DNA of 63,810 nt, counting the filler. It is 14 parts of 14 records of this genome, joined end to end, with 100 filler letters (N's around TTAATTAATTAA, not from the genome) between each part and the next. Parts side by side here need not be neighbours in the genome. Positions count along the whole stretch, not along the records: positions 56,643 to 60,404 come from SRR7504441_103070; positions 60,505 to 63,810 come from SRR7504441_103088; 12 more parts are not named here. One strand, 5' to 3'. Every line of letters starts with the position of its first letter. Positions within the stretch are counted from its first letter, which is position 1. The notes under the pieces were generated by a model. The model did not search any database, was not told where the DNA came from, and was given only the letters and a program-made list of their open reading frames with translations. Shown piece after piece: positions 60,056-63,810 of this stretch. The position numbers were made by a program, and so were the translations under genes.

Positions 60056-60103
60056 TCGTGTGACCCCCCCTGTCCGGGCGTCTAGACAGGGGGGGTCAGA
60101 CGA
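60056..60103. repeat. Inverted repeat/hairpin upstream of MMAA
   Basis: TGACCCCCCCTGTC (60061-60074), 10-nt loop, GACAGGGGGGGTCA (60085-60098): perfect 14-bp stem, extendable to 19 bp with one mismatch. Confidence 0.85.
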
Positions 60104-60584
60104 CGAATATGTGGTTGGGGCTATATACGTAGTTGGAGAGCGAGTGTTGCCAATTAAGCGGTGAGGTGCAGCATAAGGTCAAGTGGAAGGGCTATTGTAT
60201 GGAGATTATAATTAAATGGAGAATAGGCGTGCCTTTCACTAGTAAAGGAATAATAAAGGAATAATAATTGTGCCGTTGTGCTAGCGGGACGGCAAACTGT
60301 ACCGGTGTCTGCTAATGCTACCTCGGGCGACTTGGACAAATGGTGATCAATCTAAAGTATACTAATCAGTGTATGAATCAGTACGAGAAATGTAGATGTC
60401 TAAGNNNNNNNNNNNNNNNNNNNNNNNNNNNNNNNNNNNNNNNNNNNNTTAATTAATTAANNNNNNNNNNNNNNNNNNNNNNNNNNNNNNNNNNNNNNNN
60501 NNNNTTGTATTCATGAGCTATCTATAAATCATGAGCATTTAATCATGTGAGTCATCAAGCCACGACATCATATCAGTCAATTGC

Positions 60585-62192
60585 TCAAAGCTTGCTCCGC
60601 CCGGTGGTTTGGATCACCTTGGCTTTGAGCTCTTTCTTCCTGAGCTTGCCCGCCTCGGACCTCGGGAACTCCTCCGCGTGGAAGCTCACTTCCTTCTCCC
60701 TCGGAAGCTGAAACTTGCCGATCTTCCCATCACACCATCTGAGCAGCCCCGCGGCATCGAGCGTCTGTCCGCTGGCCAGTTTGACCGCGGCGTGCACTTT
60801 CTCGCCGTACTCGGGGTCCGGCAGGCCAAACACGGCAACTGCAGCCGTTTGTGAGTGGGCGAGTCATGAGTGGGGACACCGTCTTCAATCGCCGGGTGCT
60901 GGTGAAGGAGCTCCTCGACTTGGGCGGGGTATATGTTGACGCCTCCGGACACCACCTGCCGCCCGATCAGAGGCAGCCCACCGGCCGGGTACCATGTCGA
61001 TCTTTCTGTCAGATATATACAAGAAGCCGTCTTGGTCAAAGTAGCCTACATCTCCGACTGAAAAAAAGTCGCCATGCATGGCCTCCTTGGTCTTCTGGCC
61101 AAGCTTATGGTACCCATCGATATTAAACCCGCGTGCAAAGATCTCGCCGGCCACCCCCGGCTCGGTCACCCGCTCCCGGTTGTCGTCGAGAAGAATTACC
61201 TCGGTGCCATAGGTAGGCTTGCCACACGACAGCGGCTTTTCGATTATGAACTCGGGTGGCATCACAGTGACAGCTCCGAGCTCAGACGCGCCGTATATCT
61301 CGTGTAGCACAGGCCCAAACAGCCTGGTGATCCCCTTCTTAACCGCCGTGGGGCAGGCCGCTCCGCCGGACATGATTGTCCTCACGCTGGCCAGAGAGCG
61401 CCCTGAGAGCGTCTGGCCGGGGAGTTGCAGGATTCGTTTTAGTAGAATGGGCGGCATATAAAACCCGTTGACTTGATGCCGCTCGATCGCGTCGAGCGCC
61501 GCGGCCGCGTCGAATTTGGGCATCAGCACAAACGTGGTGGCCAGATTCTGGCCGATCGAATAGAAGGCCATTGGCATTGCATGATAGAGCGGGGCGGCCA
61601 CCAGCTGAACCGGCTGGGGCATCATCCGGCCGAGCCCCCACTCCTTGACCGTGGCCATCGCCCGGGCTGGGTCGGGTTTGCCTCCCTTGCGGACGGCGCC
61701 CTTGGGTTTGCCGGTGGTGCCACCAGTGTAGCCCACCATGCCGCCTGGCCTGTTGTGCGGGGGCGGGACAGACCCTGGGGCCGCCTCGGCCACCAGCTCG
61801 GCTAGACTCAGGTAGCCCGGCAGCCCGCCGTCCATGCAGACCCAGTGCTTGACCTTTGAGCACCGGGCCCGCATCCCGGCCACCGCCGGCCCGAACTCGT
61901 ACCCGAAGAAGACCACCTCGGCGTCGCAGTCGTCAATAATGTAGGCCACCTCCGGGACCGCCAGGTGCCAGTTGACTGGCGAGAACCGCAGCCCGAGCGC
62001 GGCGCACACCTGGTGGGCCAGTAGCCACTCGGGACAGTTCTTGCCGTAGATCGCCCCAGCCACCCCCGACGGCGACAGCCGGCCTGAGAGCGCCCAGGCA
62101 GCCCGGTCGCGCTGGGCGCGCATCTCACCGTAGGTCAGCCGGTTGCTCCCATCGGCCGTCACCGCAAACACCCTGTCAGCCGGCGCTTGCAT
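60585..62192 (-). CDS. AMP-binding acyl-CoA synthetase with peroxisomal PTS1, 2 introns
   Basis: [56 protein letters not shown]; ends in SKL*. Confidence 0.92.
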
Positions 62193-62294
62193 CGAGGTCC
62201 GCCGTCGAGTGCCCGATCGTCCACGGTCGTGTCCGTTATTTTTATGGCTAGATCTACGCTGTATGGGACAACAATGACGCTGGAGCGGATTACA

Positions 62295-63721
62295 ATGACG
62301 CTTTGGGTCGTCCTATGGCTCGCGGCAGCCCCTTGCGCCGCCCGGAGCGGGACGCTGGGTCGGCTGCCTCCTCTGGGTGACACCGAGCTAGGCCGACGCT
62401 CAGGGCGGGCGCAGGTTGGAATTCTTGGTGCAGCGGCGGGAGTCGGTGCGGGCAGCAGGCTCGCCCGATGCATCTAGACAAGTACCACGACGTCTGCCAC
62501 GAGGACGAGGTCAAGGCCGTGGCCGACGAGATCATCCGGAACGGGATGCAGCGGGCCGGGTATACATACATTAACCTGGACGACTGCTGGATCGACCCGC
62601 ACCGCACGGCGGCCGGTGAGCTTCAGCCGGACCGTTTCCGGTTCCCTTCCGGATTCGGCGCCCTGGCCGACTGGCTCCACGCGCGCGGCTTTCTTTTCGG
62701 CGTGTACACCTCGGGCGGGCGGACCACGTGCGCTAATGGCGGGAAAGACCCCTGGGACTGGCACCGGTGGGGAAGGTCGATTCCGGGTTCTTACCCGGAT
62801 AATTATCAGACGGACGCCAATACGCTGGCGGGTTGGGGGGTGGACTATCTGAAGATGGACTGGTGCGACACCAAGGGGCTCGATCCACAGAACATCACGA
62901 TGACGATGGCGCACGCGCTCAATGCCACAGGCAGGCAAATCTGGTTCAACTTTCATTGCTTCCACCCGGGTGCTAACAACACCCCCGACACCGGCTCGAT
63001 CCCAGCCTGGTGCCCGGCGGCCGGCAACAGCTACCGCATCGGCACGGACCACAACGACTATTGGGAGGGCTCTTATGGCACCGGGGCGGTGATCGAGGTG
63101 CTCAAGCGCGGGGCAAGCTGGAACGCCACTGGCCCCAACTCGGCCCTGACAGCGTTCAACGATCCGGATTTCTTGATGACGGGCGGAGCCGGGTGCGACA
63201 ATGCCAACGGAATGGAGCATTGCCCGGGCCAGACCAGCACTGAGTACAGGACTGAGTTCTCACTCTGGTCAATGGCGGCTGCCCCGCTGATTGTGGCGAC
63301 TGACCCTCGGAACCTGTCCTCCTCGATGCTTTCGATCCTGCTCAATTCGGACCTGATCGCGCTGGACCAGGACCCGCTCGGGGTGCCCGGCGGGCTGGTG
63401 CAGGAAAGCTCAGGCGACCCGGAGCTGCAGGTTTGGGCCCGGCCGCTGCACGACGGCAGCATCGCAGTGGCGCTGTACAACGCTAAGAACTCGTCCGCTT
63501 CCATTCGGGCCGATTTCTCTCAACTGCCAGCACCGCAGGTGATGCTGTCCGAAGGGGATGCTCCGTTGGCTGGTGAGGCGTGGGGGAATGGCACGCGTGT
63601 GGCCGTGTATGATATGTGGCAGCACAAGCAAACTGGCGAGAGCGTGGGGCACTTTGAATCAGAGGTCGAGGCCCATGGCACTGTGGTGGTCAAGCTCAGC
63701 GAGAAATCTGGCGCCAATTGA
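62295..63721 (+). CDS. Secreted alpha-galactosidase (GH27), 1 intron
   Basis: Signal peptide; spliced PPLGWNSW, YINLDDCW, WGVDYLKMDWC, FNDPDFL, EFSLWSMAAAPL, melibiase C-terminal domain. Alternative in-frame ATG at 62274. Confidence 0.94.
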
Positions 63722-63810
63722 TTGCTGTCCTAAAGATTCTCAATTGGCGGGCATAATTATGTAGTGTTACACGTGCGCATCGAGGACATCGATCCACGTT
63801 CATCTCATAC

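Noticed and set aside
46856-63721. Apparent biosynthetic cluster of PKS-NRPS, VioB-like protein, MMAA and acyl-CoA synthetase
   Set aside because: These genes sit on three contigs separated by artificial spacers; there is no evidence of linkage.

Overview
The window is not one locus. It is 14 short contigs joined by 13 artificial 100-bp spacers (N-run + TTAATTAATTAA + N-run), so adjacency across a spacer has no biological meaning. All contigs look like a GC-rich, very gene-dense unicellular eukaryote; I cannot assign the lineage from sequence alone. About 30 genes are present and most are broken by tiny (about 34-55 nt) spliceosomal introns, which is why the ORF track is fragmented. Recognisable products: Prp43/DHX15, a CPA1 Na+/H+ exchanger, GH20 hexosaminidase, SNM1/Artemis-family nuclease, Vps8, Vps33, LSG1 GTPase, acyl-CoA thioesterase, a RING-PHD protein, MMAA/MeaB, a peroxisomal acyl-CoA synthetase and a GH27 alpha-galactosidase. 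Most notable: (1) a Gig2-like H-Y-E ADP-ribosyltransferase domain fused in one reading frame to a full MOV10/SDE3-type RNA helicase, a candidate single-chain antiviral/anti-transposon sensor-effector; (2) an intron-containing, AT-less hybrid PKS-NRPS with a tandem C-Cy pair and a dead KS; (3) unusual gene architecture: many GC-AG mini-introns with G-rich 3' ends, introns right after the ATG, head-to-head gene pairs with 22-115 bp between start codons, and a recurrent intergenic TACTCGTA motif; (4) small genes visible only after manual splicing (a helix-only Survivin-like candidate and a DUF1746/Dsc4-like membrane protein). Family assignments come from motifs recognised by eye; no searches were run.
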